Source of the DNA: Gallionellaceae bacterium | Lineage (GTDB): Bacteria > Pseudomonadota > Gammaproteobacteria > Burkholderiales > Gallionellaceae | Assembly: GCA_038925365.1 (NCBI GenBank) | Contig: JBCKTV010000002.1 | Location: forward strand, 5,713 to 69,712 | DNA: 64,000 nt | Direction of reading: 5' to 3' | Shown here: positions 42,098 to 52,317 of the stretch, in pieces | Position numbering within the stretch: position 1 is the stretch's first letter | Layout of the letters: each line of letters begins with the position of its first letter | Notes under the pieces: generated by a model | What the model saw: only the letters and a program-made list of their open reading frames with translations | Database searches by the model: none | What the model was told of the DNA's origin: nothing | Program-made: the position numbers and the translations under genes

Positions 42098-42225
42098 TTG
42101 AGAGTTACTTAATTCACGACAGTTTTAAATCCCCCCTAGCCCCCCTTTTTCAAAGTGGGGAATATTCAGGCTGTAAGGGTCTAGTTGGTTCCCCACTTTG
42201 TAAAAGGGGGTAGGGGGATTTTCTT
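42098..42225. repeat. C/G-tract palindromic REP/MITE-like element, copy 5
   Basis: ttgagagttacttaattcacgacagtttt, then aaatcccccctagccccctttttcaaagtggggaa, a loop, then ttccccactttgtaaaagggggtagggggattttc. Confidence 0.9.
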
Positions 42226-42230
42226 TTGAT

Positions 42231-43193
42231 TTAAGGTATCGGCACGACTTCAAGCAAGGCCCTCACCATATCGTCACGCGAAACTTTTTCCATGCGTGCG
42301 GTGAAACTTGGAATAATGCGATGACGCAAACAATCCGGTGCCACCGCCAGAATATCATCCGGCAAAACATGATCACGTCCCTGCATATAGGCAGTTGCAG
42401 CGGCAGCATGCACGATCGCCAAAGAGCCGCGTGGACTCGCCCCTACCTCGATAAAACCGGCAAACTGCGGCAGCCATTTATCGATCTGCCGCGTCGCGCC
42501 GACCAGTGCCACCACATATTGTTCCAGTGCCGGTACAAGATGAATACGCTTCACTTCCTCGCGTGCTGCCAGCACCGTCGCGACATCCAGCACCGCACCT
42601 TGCGGCTTGGGCGCGGTGTTAGTCAACCGCTCACGGTCGCGTTGCAAAATCAGCAACTCTTCCTCGGGGCTGGGATAATCCAGCATCACGTGCAGCAAGA
42701 ATCTGTCCATCTGCGCTTCCGGCAAGGGATAGGTTCCCGCCTGATCCAGCGGGTTTTGCGTCGCCATCACCATAAACAATTCCGGCAAAGGTCGCGTCAC
42801 ACCACCCACCGTAATCTGCTTCTCCTGCATCGCCTCCAGCAAGGCGGCCTGCACTTTAGCAGGGGCGCGGTTGATTTCGTCCGCCAGAATAATTTCATGA
42901 AACAGCGGCCCCTCGGCAAAGCTGAAACTCGCCGCCTGCGGATTGTAGATTTCCGTGCCGGTCAAATCACCGGGCAGCAAATCTGGCGTAAATTGGATGC
43001 GGCTGAAACTGCAATGCACGGCGGATGCCAGTGCCTTAACTGCGGTGGTTTTGGCCAGTCCCGGCAAACCTTCCACCAAAATATGCCCGCCGGTTAACAG
43101 GCTCACCACCAACTTGTCGAGCAAGTCTGCCTGGCCTACGATGGTGTTTTCCAGATATTTTCGTAAGGCAATGATACTGGGTTGATTGTTCAT
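42231..43193 (-). CDS. moxR: MoxR-family AAA+ ATPase
   Basis: Walker A GLPGLAKT, Walker B ILADEINRA, 320 aa. Confidence 0.92.
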   Translation of the reverse strand: MNNQPSIIALRKYLENTIVGQADLLDKLVVSLLTGGHILVEGLPGLAKTTAVKALASAVHCSFSRIQFTPDLLPGDLTGTEIYNPQAASFSFAEGPLFHEIILADEINRAPAKVQAALLEAMQEKQITVGGVTRPLPELFMVMATQNPLDQAGTYPLPEAQMDRFLLHVMLDYPSPEEELLILQRDRERLTNTAPKPQGAVLDVATVLAAREEVKRIHLVPALEQYVVALVGATRQIDKWLPQFAGFIEVGASPRGSLAIVHAAAATAYMQGRDHVLPDDILAVAPDCLRHRIIPSFTARMEKVSRDDMVRALLEVVPIP

Positions 43194-43223
43194 ATGGATA
43201 AGTTGGAATCTAGCTAAAATAAT

Positions 43224-43271
43224 AAAAATTCAATATAATCAAACAGTTGTGTTTAAATCCATGTCTAAGCC
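43224..43271 (+). repeat. AT-rich intergenic element with IHF-consensus core, copy I
   Basis: aaaaattcaatatAATCAAacagTTGtgtttaaatccatgtctaagcc. Confidence 0.8.
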
Positions 43272-43315
43272 TACGCATCCAGCTAAATGTTCTGGATAGA
43301 TTCAGCGAGCGCCGT

Positions 43316-45439
43316 TCACCCGCGCTTCAGCAGCGCCTCAAACTCTTGCTCTGGAATCGCTTTGGAGAACAGATAGCCTTGACCGTAATCGCATCCGGCT
43401 GCGGTCAGTAGGTCGCGTTGTTGTGCCGTCTCCACCCCTTCTGCGATCACTTTAAGTCCAAGTTTGTGCGCCATGACGATGATGGCCTCGCACAGCACCA
43501 GATCGTCGGAACCCTGCGTCATATTGCTCACGAAGGACTGGTCTATCTTGAGGTAGTCAATGTCAAATTTCTTGAGGTAGGACAAGGACGAATAGCCGGT
43601 GCCGAAATCATCGAGCGAAACCTGGATGCCTGCGTCGTGGAATGCGAGCAGTTGGTCGGTAACGGCAGTGCCGGCATCCAGCAACAGTCCTTCGGTAATT
43701 TCTACTGCGATGCATTGCCCGGGCAGGCCAAGTTTTTTTAGAGATGCCAGCCATGCCTTGTAGTCTATGCCCTGGTTGCGAAATTGCAGCGGGGAAGTAT
43801 TGATGCTGATCTGGAATTCCGAATGGTGCGTTACGCGCCAGCGTGCGACCGCAAGTGCCGCCTGCTGGAATACCCAATCGCAGATGTCGGTGATGATGCC
43901 GGTGTGTTCGGCGACGGGGATGAATTCAGCGGGACTTACCAGGCCGCGCTGCGGATGTTGCCAGCGGATCAGCGCTTCTGCCTTGTGGATGGCGCCGGTT
44001 GCCAACTCCACAATGGGCTGGTAGTACACGCGGAACTGGTTGCCGCCAAGCGCGCCGCGCAAATCGCTGGACAGCCGCTTGCGGTTTTGTGCGGCTTCCT
44101 GCATGGCTGGGGTGAAGTAGCTAAAACAGTTGCGGCCCTGATGTTTGGCGGCGTACATGGCCTGGTCAGCATTTTTGAGTAATTCGTCTATGCCTCTGGC
44201 ATCCTCTGGATAGAGCGTGATGCCGATGCTGCCCGACACATAGACCACTTCGTCCCCCAGATGGAACGGTAGGGCCAGTTTATGCAAGATGTCCTGCGCC
44301 ACGCGTTTGATGCTATCGGGGTCATCCAAATCGCCCAGGATAACAGTGAATTCATCCCCGCCCATGCGCGCCACGGTGTCGACCCCGCGCACGCAACTGG
44401 AGAGTCGTTGCGCCGCGTCCTTAAGTAAAATATCGCCCACGTCGTGGCCGAGGGTGTCGTTGACGTCCTTAAAGTTGTCCAGATCAATACACATTAACGC
44501 AAGTGGCAGGCCGCTGCGATTGGCTATCTTGATTTTCTGCTCCAGCCGGTCACGCAGCAGGCGACGATTGGGCAACTCAGTAAGCGGATCAAAATTAGCC
44601 TGGTGCAAGATAGTTGCTTCTGCCACTTTGTGCGCACTAATATCGGCATGGGTACCGATAACGCGCTGCGGCTTGCCAGCGGCATCGCGGCTCACCACCA
44701 TGCCACGGGTCAGTATCCATTTCCAGCTGCCGTCTTTGCACAGCATGCGCATCTCTGCCATTAAGGTGGGCGTGTTGCCGTCGAAATACGATTGCATCTC
44801 CGCCATCATCTGTGGCAGATCCTGTGGGTGGCAGAGCTTTTCAAATTGGGCTAAACCTGTGCTGATCTCGTCTTCAGCAAATCCCAGCATTTCCTTCCAG
44901 CGTTTGGAAAACAGCATTTCATTGGCCGGCACGTCCCAGTCCCACACCCCATCTCCTGCGCCTTCCAAAGCGAAGCGCCAACGCTCTTCGCTTGCGCGTA
45001 ACGTCGCTGCTGCCTGTTGCTGTTCATCGCGCCCCCGTTTGCAGCTCAGCGCATTGGATACAGCTGAGCCTAAACGCTTCAATCTATCCTTGGACAGATA
45101 ATCATCCGCCCCGTACTTAATGATTGCGCTCACCGCTTCCTGTTCGGGCAGTGTGCCCGAGATCAGAATGAACGGAATATCCAAGCCGCGTTCACGTAGC
45201 AGCTTCACCGCGTGTATGCCATCGAACTGCGGCAGACTGTAATCAGCTAGGATCAAATCAGGTGCGCTATCCAGCTCGGCGAGAAAAGCAGACTCGGTTT
45301 GTACCTGTTGCCACTCCACCTCAAACTGCGCATGACGCAATTCACGGATCATCAGTTCAGCATCCACCGAACTATCTTCCAGTATCAGTACACGGATTTT
45401 TTGCGGCTGGGCTTGGGTGTCGGTTGGCATCGAAGTCAT
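43316..45439 (-). CDS. response regulator with PAS, GGDEF and EAL domains
   Basis: Start set at MTSMPTD. REC (VLILEDSSVDAEL...LILADYSLPQFDG), GGDEF (ARMGGDEFTV), EAL (EALIRW...DDFGTGYSSL). Confidence 0.88.
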   Translation of the reverse strand: MTSMPTDTQAQPQKIRVLILEDSSVDAELMIRELRHAQFEVEWQQVQTESAFLAELDSAPDLILADYSLPQFDGIHAVKLLRERGLDIPFILISGTLPEQEAVSAIIKYGADDYLSKDRLKRLGSAVSNALSCKRGRDEQQQAAATLRASEERWRFALEGAGDGVWDWDVPANEMLFSKRWKEMLGFAEDEISTGLAQFEKLCHPQDLPQMMAEMQSYFDGNTPTLMAEMRMLCKDGSWKWILTRGMVVSRDAAGKPQRVIGTHADISAHKVAEATILHQANFDPLTELPNRRLLRDRLEQKIKIANRSGLPLALMCIDLDNFKDVNDTLGHDVGDILLKDAAQRLSSCVRGVDTVARMGGDEFTVILGDLDDPDSIKRVAQDILHKLALPFHLGDEVVYVSGSIGITLYPEDARGIDELLKNADQAMYAAKHQGRNCFSYFTPAMQEAAQNRKRLSSDLRGALGGNQFRVYYQPIVELATGAIHKAEALIRWQHPQRGLVSPAEFIPVAEHTGIITDICDWVFQQAALAVARWRVTHHSEFQISINTSPLQFRNQGIDYKAWLASLKKLGLPGQCIAVEITEGLLLDAGTAVTDQLLAFHDAGIQVSLDDFGTGYSSLSYLKKFDIDYLKIDQSFVSNMTQGSDDLVLCEAIIVMAHKLGLKVIAEGVETAQQRDLLTAAGCDYGQGYLFSKAIPEQEFEALLKRG

Positions 45440-45443
45440 GAAA

Positions 45444-45896
45444 TTAGCCCTTAGGCTTGCACTCCTGATTAACCAGCAGCCAGTAGTGGCCTGCCTCGGC
45501 CACGGCGACAGAAAACTTTTCAAAGTCCACCGGCTTGACGATGTAGCTGTTGACACCCAAGGCGTAGCTATTCACGACATCCTGCTCTTCCTTGGACGAA
45601 GTTAACACGACCACCGGCGTGAAACGGGTACGCTCGTCTGCCCGTATCGCACGCAGCACTTCCATACCATCCACCTTGGGCAGCTTCAAGTCCAGCAGTA
45701 TCATTTTGGGTCTTTGGTTAATATCTCGATCCGCATATACACCTGTGCAAAAAAGCCAGTCCAGCGCTTCCTGCCCGTCTTTTACATGCACCAAATGATT
45801 AGCAAGATTACGCTTACGCAGTGCACGTATGGTTAGTTCCGCATCACGCGGATTGTCCTCGACCAGCAGAATTTCGATGTCATCGGGCGTTTCCAT
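45444..45896 (-). CDS. single-domain response regulator (CheY-like)
   Basis: Start set at [18 protein letters not shown]. Also [10 protein letters not shown]. Confidence 0.85.
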   Translation of the reverse strand: METPDDIEILLVEDNPRDAELTIRALRKRNLANHLVHVKDGQEALDWLFCTGVYADRDINQRPKMILLDLKLPKVDGMEVLRAIRADERTRFTPVVVLTSSKEEQDVVNSYALGVNSYIVKPVDFEKFSVAVAEAGHYWLLVNQECKPKG

Positions 45897-45898
45897 GC

Positions 45899-47746
45899 TT
45901 AGCTCTCCTTTAGGATGGGTAGGGTAAAGTAAAAAGTTGCGCCTGCGTTGAGCTTGCCTTCCGCCCACACTTTGCCACCGTTGCGATGGATAATGCGCTG
46001 CACCAGAGCCAGCCCTATGCCGGTGCCTTCAAATTCATCTTCGGAATGTAGTCGTTGAAACACGCCGAAGAGCTTGTGTACATAACGTTGATCGAAGCCT
46101 ACGCCGTTGTCTTTTACATAGTAGGTATTCATTCCGTCTGCGCTCGATGCGCCGACCTCAATCTCGGGTGATTGCTGATGACCCGTGAACTTGAGCGCAT
46201 TGGCCAATAGATTGACTAGCACTTGGCGCAGCATGGCCGGGTCACCGTAAGCAGGGGGCAAGGGCTGTAGCTTGAAATGCTGGATGCGGCTGCGCAGCGA
46301 TTCATCTAAGCTGTTATAGGCGCTTTGCACCAACTGCGTCATGTCGCACTGTGTGGCTTTCATCTCCTGGCGATTCATGCGCGAAAAATCGAGCAGGTCA
46401 TCAATCAAGCGACCCATGCGCTGCGCCTCTCCGCACACTATATTCAACAGGCGCTTGCCTTCGCTATCTAGTTGCGGACCGTAATCCTCCAGGATGATGC
46501 GGGTAAAGCTATCCACACTGCGCAGCGGCGCACGCAAGTCGTGCGACACCGAATAGCTAAAGGCTTCTAGCTCCTTATTGGCGGCCTCGGAGGTGGCTAT
46601 GGCCTGCAACAATTCGGCTTCTGTTTTCTTGCGCTTGGTGATGTCTATCCTGACCGAAATATAGCGCAAGATCTTTCCTTGTGCATTCTTGAACGGAACG
46701 ATAGCGGCATCCACCCAGTAAGGATCACCGTTTTTGCTACGGTTACAAATTTCGCCGCTCCAGATGTCACCACGGGAAATGGTAGCCCACAATTCGTCAA
46801 AGAAAACTGCCGGCTGCACCCCGGATTTGACTATGCGGTGGGTCTGGCCTATCAATTCTTCTAGGCTGTAGCCACTGACCGCGCAAAATCTGTCGTTGGC
46901 CGTGATGATGCGCCCGGCAGTGTCGGCGACCGAAACCAAGGCGTACTGGCCGATCGCACTAAGGTAGCTGGAAATCTCGGCATTGATCATCTCCAACTCT
47001 GCCAGTGCCAGCGAGTTTTCTCGCACCATGCGCTGATCAAACAAAGTGGCGAGAATGCCGCCACCAAACCAAAACAGCGAAGTCAGCGACACCAGCATGG
47101 CCAGAATATTTGGCTCGATGCGCAAATCACTGGCAAGACATACGCTGCCGGGTGGAATGGTTATTCCCAGCATGGAGGTGTAGTGCATCCCAGAAATTGC
47201 CAGGCCCATAATCACTGCACCCAACACAAAACGCAGCAATGGGGGTAACTTGATGCGCTCACCCTGATACATCATCAGCAATGCGCCCCATGAAGCGATG
47301 ATTGCGATACCTATGGACAGGACAAAAGACACTGGGTTGTAACTGATGTCCGGCGACATCCTGAGTGCTGCCATGCCGGTGTAGTGCATTAGGCTGATAC
47401 CCGCACCCATCACCAGACCGCTGACTAATATGTAACGGGTACTGATGTTGATTTCGCGCAGCACCCTGAAACCCAAAAGGGTCGCGAGAATGACAGGCAG
47501 TATGGAAAGGAGGGTCAGCGTCAGGTCATAGCCAATGGGGATGGGCAGATGAAACGCCAACATGCCAATAAAGTGCATGGACCAAACTGCCAGACCCAAA
47601 GTAATACTACCCGCCACCATCCACAGCGTTGCCGCACGACCACTGCTCTCACGCATGCGTTGCGCATGGGTAAGGGCTGTGAATGACCCGATTATGGCCA
47701 CCAGGATGGATAAAAAAATTAGGGGGTAATGCCAAGTTATAAGCAT
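45899..47746 (-). CDS. MHYT-domain PAS sensor histidine kinase
   Basis: Three MHYT-type repeats ([26 protein letters not shown]), a PAS domain, H-box [10 protein letters not shown] and G2 box GTGIGLAL. Confidence 0.85.
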   Translation of the reverse strand: MLITWHYPLIFLSILVAIIGSFTALTHAQRMRESSGRAATLWMVAGSITLGLAVWSMHFIGMLAFHLPIPIGYDLTLTLLSILPVILATLLGFRVLREINISTRYILVSGLVMGAGISLMHYTGMAALRMSPDISYNPVSFVLSIGIAIIASWGALLMMYQGERIKLPPLLRFVLGAVIMGLAISGMHYTSMLGITIPPGSVCLASDLRIEPNILAMLVSLTSLFWFGGGILATLFDQRMVRENSLALAELEMINAEISSYLSAIGQYALVSVADTAGRIITANDRFCAVSGYSLEELIGQTHRIVKSGVQPAVFFDELWATISRGDIWSGEICNRSKNGDPYWVDAAIVPFKNAQGKILRYISVRIDITKRKKTEAELLQAIATSEAANKELEAFSYSVSHDLRAPLRSVDSFTRIILEDYGPQLDSEGKRLLNIVCGEAQRMGRLIDDLLDFSRMNRQEMKATQCDMTQLVQSAYNSLDESLRSRIQHFKLQPLPPAYGDPAMLRQVLVNLLANALKFTGHQQSPEIEVGASSADGMNTYYVKDNGVGFDQRYVHKLFGVFQRLHSEDEFEGTGIGLALVQRIIHRNGGKVWAEGKLNAGATFYFTLPILKES

Positions 47747-47780
47747 TCATTCATCCCTACGAATTGCGGATTAAACGGCT

Positions 47781-47909
47781 AGGAATTTCTATGCTACTTT
47801 TTGGAGTATCCCGAGTTTTTTAGTTATAGTCAATACAACTGCTTTATCTAAAGCCTCCTACACTACGCTCTGCTTCGCATAGGACAAGAACCCTTGCAGG
47901 GTGCCGGAC
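47781..47909 (-). repeat. conserved leader/repeat upstream of the MHYT kinase operon (includes a third-family unit at 47857-47909)
   Basis: Shares aggaatttc, agtatcccgagtttt, agtcaa and cctac(ac)tacgc...cataggaNaagaaccc.tg.agg.tgccgg with 51592-51697. Confidence 0.75.
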
Positions 47910-47960
47910 TTCACTCACAAAGCATTAATTTAAAAATGAATTGAAATTTACACTTACAGT

Positions 47961-48016
47961 AAAACATTCAATATAATCAAGCAGATACAAATTAAATCAA
48001 ATTCGGATAGGCTGCT
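47961..48016 (+). repeat. AT-rich intergenic element, copy J
   Basis: aaaacattcaatatAATCAAgcagata...ggataggctgct. It ends at the stop codon of the MBL gene. Confidence 0.75.
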
Positions 48017-48951
48017 TAAAACGATTCCTGCTCCATCTCGGTATACACCTGATTCATATTTCGTTTGGCCAGCGTGTCGAAATTCAGTAGATACTTGAAT
48101 TTCGACTGATCGGTTTTTTCCACCGCATCTTGCAAAGATCCATTTGCCTTAAGCGTACGTTGAGCGCCGTTTCTTAAATTCTCAATGTAGTCACGCGTGT
48201 CGCGTCTTGCTGCGTGAATATCAGTCGGCTTACCATGGCCCGGTACGATAATGCGTGGCTTTAACGCCACCGCTTGATCAAATGCCTTGATCCAGCCGCC
48301 ACTATTGCCGAGCGGTAGAATGGCGAGTAGGCGCTCGGTATACACAATATCTCCTGAAAATAATATTTTTTGCTCAGGCAGCCAAACCACCAAATCACCT
48401 GCTGTGTGCGCAGCGCCAAAATGTAGGAGTTGAATTTTGGTTTTTCCTAATTGCAAAGTACGTGAGTCACTAAATGTTTCATTGGGAAAAGCCAGCACGG
48501 TGCTCTGGGCTTTTTCTTTAAGCGAAGTATGAGTGGATTGCAATTGCACATCACCCATTTCAGTCATTAAGCGCTTTGCTTCGGCATGGGCAATGATAGT
48601 AATGCCAAGCTGCTTGAAATAATCATTGCCTAGCCAGTAGTGAGATTGTGAATTCACATTTATGACAAATTTGATTGCTTGTGGCGTAATTTTCTTAATC
48701 GCCCGGTGTAAAGCAGCCGCGACCTGAGTAGTCGGGCCGCTGTTAATGATTAGCACGCCATCCGCGCTGACTACAAATCCTAGATTGGCGTTCAGGCCAT
48801 CATTTTTGTAACTCTGGCCTCCGAGATCGCCCACGATGGCATAAACATTTTGCGCAACTTGAACAGGGTGTAGAACGAGTTCCTCGGCCTGGACGGATAA
48901 TCCAGTCAGAATCAAATATGCGAACAAGCCGAAGTGGATAAGTATTTTCAT
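48016..48951 (-). CDS. periplasmic MBL-fold protein with a degenerate metal-binding motif
   Basis: Signal peptide and an overall alignment to 33103-34056, but HYHADH is replaced by NSQSHY. Confidence 0.7.
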   Translation of the reverse strand: MKILIHFGLFAYLILTGLSVQAEELVLHPVQVAQNVYAIVGDLGGQSYKNDGLNANLGFVVSADGVLIINSGPTTQVAAALHRAIKKITPQAIKFVINVNSQSHYWLGNDYFKQLGITIIAHAEAKRLMTEMGDVQLQSTHTSLKEKAQSTVLAFPNETFSDSRTLQLGKTKIQLLHFGAAHTAGDLVVWLPEQKILFSGDIVYTERLLAILPLGNSGGWIKAFDQAVALKPRIIVPGHGKPTDIHAARRDTRDYIENLRNGAQRTLKANGSLQDAVEKTDQSKFKYLLNFDTLAKRNMNQVYTEMEQESF

Positions 48952-49032
48952 GTTTCAGGTTTCCTTAAATCAAATTAAATGAGGGATTAAATGGCGCGGA
49001 GGATGCTTGGTGATAGTCAGCTACATATCAGC

Positions 49033-49413
49033 TTATTTACCTTGTATGCTGACAAGATAACTGGCGACAGTATGTTTGATCTTGTCTAGGGAGTAAGGTT
49101 TGACCACGAAAGCTTTCACACCCAGAGCAATGGCTGCCTTGATATTGTTGATGTCACTATGTCCGCTGACGATAACCGGGTAGGTCGTAATGGAACGAGT
49201 ACGGATTTCTTCTAAAACTTCCAGGCCGGTTCTGCCTGGCATATCGATGTCCAAAAAACATATATCCGGCTTTAGATCGATGATGGCTTGCAAAGCAAGC
49301 TCCCCGTTCGCCACTTCCGCGATAACTTTGACACCAATAGACTCAAGGATTTTTTTCAACAGTTGCTGCATTGTTTCTACATCATCGGCAATTAAGGCGG
49401 TTGGTTTGCTCAT
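49033..49413 (-). CDS. single-domain response regulator
   Basis: Start set at MSKPTALIADDVE. Also CFLDIDMPGRTG. Confidence 0.8.
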   Translation of the reverse strand: MSKPTALIADDVETMQQLLKKILESIGVKVIAEVANGELALQAIIDLKPDICFLDIDMPGRTGLEVLEEIRTRSITTYPVIVSGHSDINNIKAAIALGVKAFVVKPYSLDKIKHTVASYLVSIQGK

Positions 49414-49423
49414 GGTGTGTCGG

Positions 49424-51571
49424 TCAGACCTTCTTGAGTTGTTGTAAAATTTGTTGTTGGAGAGTTGCCAGTTTGCCACTCAATACTATCACCTTCTCCA
49501 ACTCTGCCGTCTTCGTCAGGGCATTAATCTGTAGCGCAAGTTCGGTGATTTGTGGGTAAGCAAAGCTCCCGGCTATGCCCTTTATTTTGTGCGAGATGGA
49601 CTGTATCACGCCCCACTTTTGCTGCTGCACCGCCTCCACCAACTCCGCCACCATGCCTGGCAAGTTCTTATGAAATTGATCGAGCATGGCCTGATACTCA
49701 GGATCATTGTCAAAACCAAACTGACTGACTAGTCCAGCACCGTCACTTCCAGCTGCCGCCAGGTGAGTGTTCAGCACTTCGTAGAAACGCTGTAGGTTAA
49801 TGGGCTTGACCAGATAGTCGTCGACACCCGCTGCCAGGCAGCTGTCTCTATCCGCCACCGTGGCATTGGCCGTCAGTGACACCACAGGGCCAGCATAGCC
49901 AGCTGCACGCAATAGTGTAATTGCCTCCACGCCACCCATCACTGGCATTTGCATGTCCATAAAAATAAGATCGTAATTGCCTGCCAATCCTTCTTCCACT
50001 GCCTGCTGGCCATTTTCAACAATCGTGAGCGTAGCACCGGTCCTGCGGATATACATGGCAATAAGCTGCTGGTTATCCGGGCTGTCTTCCGCCAACAAAA
50101 TATTGCCACGCAGGGGTTTAATCAGCACCTCATGAGTTTGCTCATCACGATGCTCACCGACCCGCTCAAGGGTGGTGATAAATACTGCTTCCTTGGGAAT
50201 TTTTGCAGCAACACTGAGCGTAAAAACACTCCCTTTACCCTTCTCACTCTCACAGGTGATCGTACCGCCCATTACATGGGCCAACTTGAGTGAAATAGAC
50301 AGACCCAAACCGGTGCCGCCGTATTTGCGCGTGATGCTAGCATCCGCTTGGGAAAATGGTTGAAACAGACGTGACAATTCTTCTGCTGTCATGCCTATGC
50401 CTGTATCTCTCACCTTGAACAGCATTTTCTCATTCATCTCATCAAAACTCATATCCACTTCCACCCGACCTTCATGGGTGAATTTAATGGCATTGCCACA
50501 CAGATTGAAGAGAATCTGTTTCAGACGGGTGGGATCGCTAATAATCTTGTTCGGCAGTGGAAATCTATAATTGAGCTTAAAATACAAGCCTCTGTCTCGT
50601 GCCTTCTTACCTAACAAGGAATCAGTTTCTTCCATAATCGTCAACGGAGAAGTGATAATTGACTCTATCTGCAATTGCTCTGCCTCGATTTTAGACAAGT
50701 CCAGAATATCGTTAATCAACCGTTGTAAATGCTGTCCGTTACGGATGATGGTCTGGGTTACTTTGTTGCGCTCTTGCTGCTCAAAGTTCTCGTCGAGCAA
50801 GGATTGTGAAAAACCGATGATGGCCGTCAGCGGTGTTCGAATCTCATGGCTCATATTGGCGAGAAAATTACTCTTGGCTTGGTTTGCCGTATCGGCCAAG
50901 CGTTGCTGCTCTATCAGTTTATTCTCTGTCTGCGAGGTATAATTAGTGACGTAAACAGCAACTGCAATGCTCACCGCCAAAGCAAATAGACCCAAGATAA
51001 TAATGATAATCAGGTAACGTCGATTGTTACTTTGCGCAGTCTGCAGTTGCGTAGAGATAACATTATTCTGTACATCCAGCAGACGCGTCATCCTTAACGA
51101 TACCTCATCCTGAATAGGCGCAACCTCCTTGCCCAGCATCTCATAGGCCTGCTTGAATTGATTATCTTGTATCAGATCGGCGACTTTGTTTTGTACACTG
51201 GAGCCTTTTGTCACGATAGGCTCGACCTCTTTCCAACGATTTATCTCGTCAACGTGACGCTGCTTGGATAACAGTTGCTCTCGCGCTAAAAGGAAATAAC
51301 CAGCCTGCATCTTGAATTGCAAGTACACCTCTTCCCTATCAAAGGGATCATCCAATGCCGCCATTCGGTAGAGCAACAGCGCCCGCTTCTGTGAGAAATC
51401 GCGCATGCTAAAAATATCTACTACTTTACTCTGCTCAGATACAACATCTAGCAGCCTGCGATTGTTCTCGTTGACAGAAAATATAGCCAAAAACGAAACC
51501 ACACTCAGCAATAGCATCACCAAGGAAAAGCCAGAGATAATAACGATTTTTGAGTTGCGATTGCCTGCCAT
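49424..51571 (-). CDS. hybrid sensor histidine kinase (periplasmic helical sensor, HisKA, HATPase, REC, Hpt)
   Basis: Two TM helices, H-box [14 protein letters not shown]2 box GGTGLGLSIS, receiver DLIFMDMQMPVMGG, Hpt SHKIKGIAGSF. Confidence 0.85.
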   Translation of the reverse strand: MAGNRNSKIVIISGFSLVMLLLSVVSFLAIFSVNENNRRLLDVVSEQSKVVDIFSMRDFSQKRALLLYRMAALDDPFDREEVYLQFKMQAGYFLLAREQLLSKQRHVDEINRWKEVEPIVTKGSSVQNKVADLIQDNQFKQAYEMLGKEVAPIQDEVSLRMTRLLDVQNNVISTQLQTAQSNNRRYLIIIIILGLFALAVSIAVAVYVTNYTSQTENKLIEQQRLADTANQAKSNFLANMSHEIRTPLTAIIGFSQSLLDENFEQQERNKVTQTIIRNGQHLQRLINDILDLSKIEAEQLQIESIITSPLTIMEETDSLLGKKARDRGLYFKLNYRFPLPNKIISDPTRLKQILFNLCGNAIKFTHEGRVEVDMSFDEMNEKMLFKVRDTGIGMTAEELSRLFQPFSQADASITRKYGGTGLGLSISLKLAHVMGGTITCESEKGKGSVFTLSVAAKIPKEAVFITTLERVGEHRDEQTHEVLIKPLRGNILLAEDSPDNQQLIAMYIRRTGATLTIVENGQQAVEEGLAGNYDLIFMDMQMPVMGGVEAITLLRAAGYAGPVVSLTANATVADRDSCLAAGVDDYLVKPINLQRFYEVLNTHLAAAGSDGAGLVSQFGFDNDPEYQAMLDQFHKNLPGMVAELVEAVQQQKWGVIQSISHKIKGIAGSFAYPQITELALQINALTKTAELEKVIVLSGKLATLQQQILQQLKKV

Positions 51572-51591
51572 AACGTCTCCCTTTGAAGGAT

Positions 51592-51697
51592 AGGAATTTC
51601 AAAGCCAACTTTAAAAGTATCCCGAGTTTTCCCGTCAAAGTCAAACCTAGCAAGCCCCTACGCTACGCATAGGAAAAGAACCCATGAAGGATGCCGG
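51592..51697 (-). repeat. conserved leader/repeat upstream of the hybrid kinase operon (includes a third-family unit at 51657-51697)
   Basis: See 47781-47909. A partial inverted unit, gagttcttgcgccatctagggtgtagg, lies at 51779-51806. Confidence 0.75.
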
Positions 51698-51827
51698 GTT
51701 TAACGCGTAAGATATTGATTTACCTCGAATACCTGCTTGCAGGTTCTCGCACTAATGCCTGCGTAAGCAGGTGAGTAGTGAGTTCTTGCGCCATCTAGGG
51801 TGTAGGTAAATTCAGACCGCCTCTTTG

Positions 51828-51877
51828 ATATAATATTCAATATAATCAAATAGTTACGTTAACAGCCATGCCTAAGT
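51828..51877 (+). repeat. AT-rich intergenic element with IHF-consensus core, copy K
   Basis: ataatattcaatatAATCAAatagTTAcgttaacagccatgcctaagtc. Confidence 0.8.
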
Positions 51878-51898
51878 CCGCTACGCTGCCAGAAGAAG

Positions 51899-51952
51899 TT
51901 AACCTTGTTTTTTCATTAACAGATCGCGTTTCCGCTGCATACCCAACATGAT
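51899..51952. repeat. 54-bp imperfect direct repeat (relic copy of the MFS gene 3' end) flanking the BrnTA cassette
   Basis: ttaaccttgttttttcattaacagatcgcgtttccgctgcatacccaacatgat. 47 of 54 positions are identical to 52648-52701. Confidence 0.85.
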
Positions 51953-51975
51953 AAAGTCCAAATTACCGAACAGTG

Positions 51976-52317
51976 TCAGCTCAATGCCAGTAATGCAGCT
52001 TCCGGTGCTTTGTCAAGTACCTTCAACAGAGCCTTGGCCGCTCCGGTCGGTCGACGCTTGCCCTGTTCCCAGTTGCGGATGGTGTCGAGTGAGACATCAA
52101 TGCAATGCGAGAACTCAAGTTGTGTTAATCCCAGACGTTTGCGTACACCTCGTGCAAACTTGGCTGCGTCCTGCATTGCTTCTGCATCATCTGTAACGAT
52201 CTGCATCTTAATGTCGTCTTCACTGGTCGCGTCCAAGAAGACCTTGTTCACACGGCCTTGCGGAAAATTTTTCAGCGATACCAGGTCAATTTTCACGTGT
52301 ACTGTTTTCATAATCAT
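51976..52317 (-). CDS. XRE-type HTH antitoxin (BrnA-like partner of a DUF497 toxin)
   Basis: C-terminal HTH RKRLGLTQLEFSHCIDVSLDTIRNWEQGKR. Overlaps the toxin gene by 32 nt. Confidence 0.7.
   Translation of the reverse strand: MIMKTVHVKIDLVSLKNFPQGRVNKVFLDATSEDDIKMQIVTDDAEAMQDAAKFARGVRKRLGLTQLEFSHCIDVSLDTIRNWEQGKRRPTGAAKALLKVLDKAPEAALLALS

Noticed and set aside
47890-47909. Possible sigma-54 promoter (GGCAC..TGCA) in the shared kinase leaders, given the nearby IHF-like sites.
   Set aside because: On the coding strand the sequences GGCACCCTGCAAGG and GGCATCCTTCATGG do not place a GC dinucleotide 10 nt after the GG, as TGGCAC-N5-TTGC requires.
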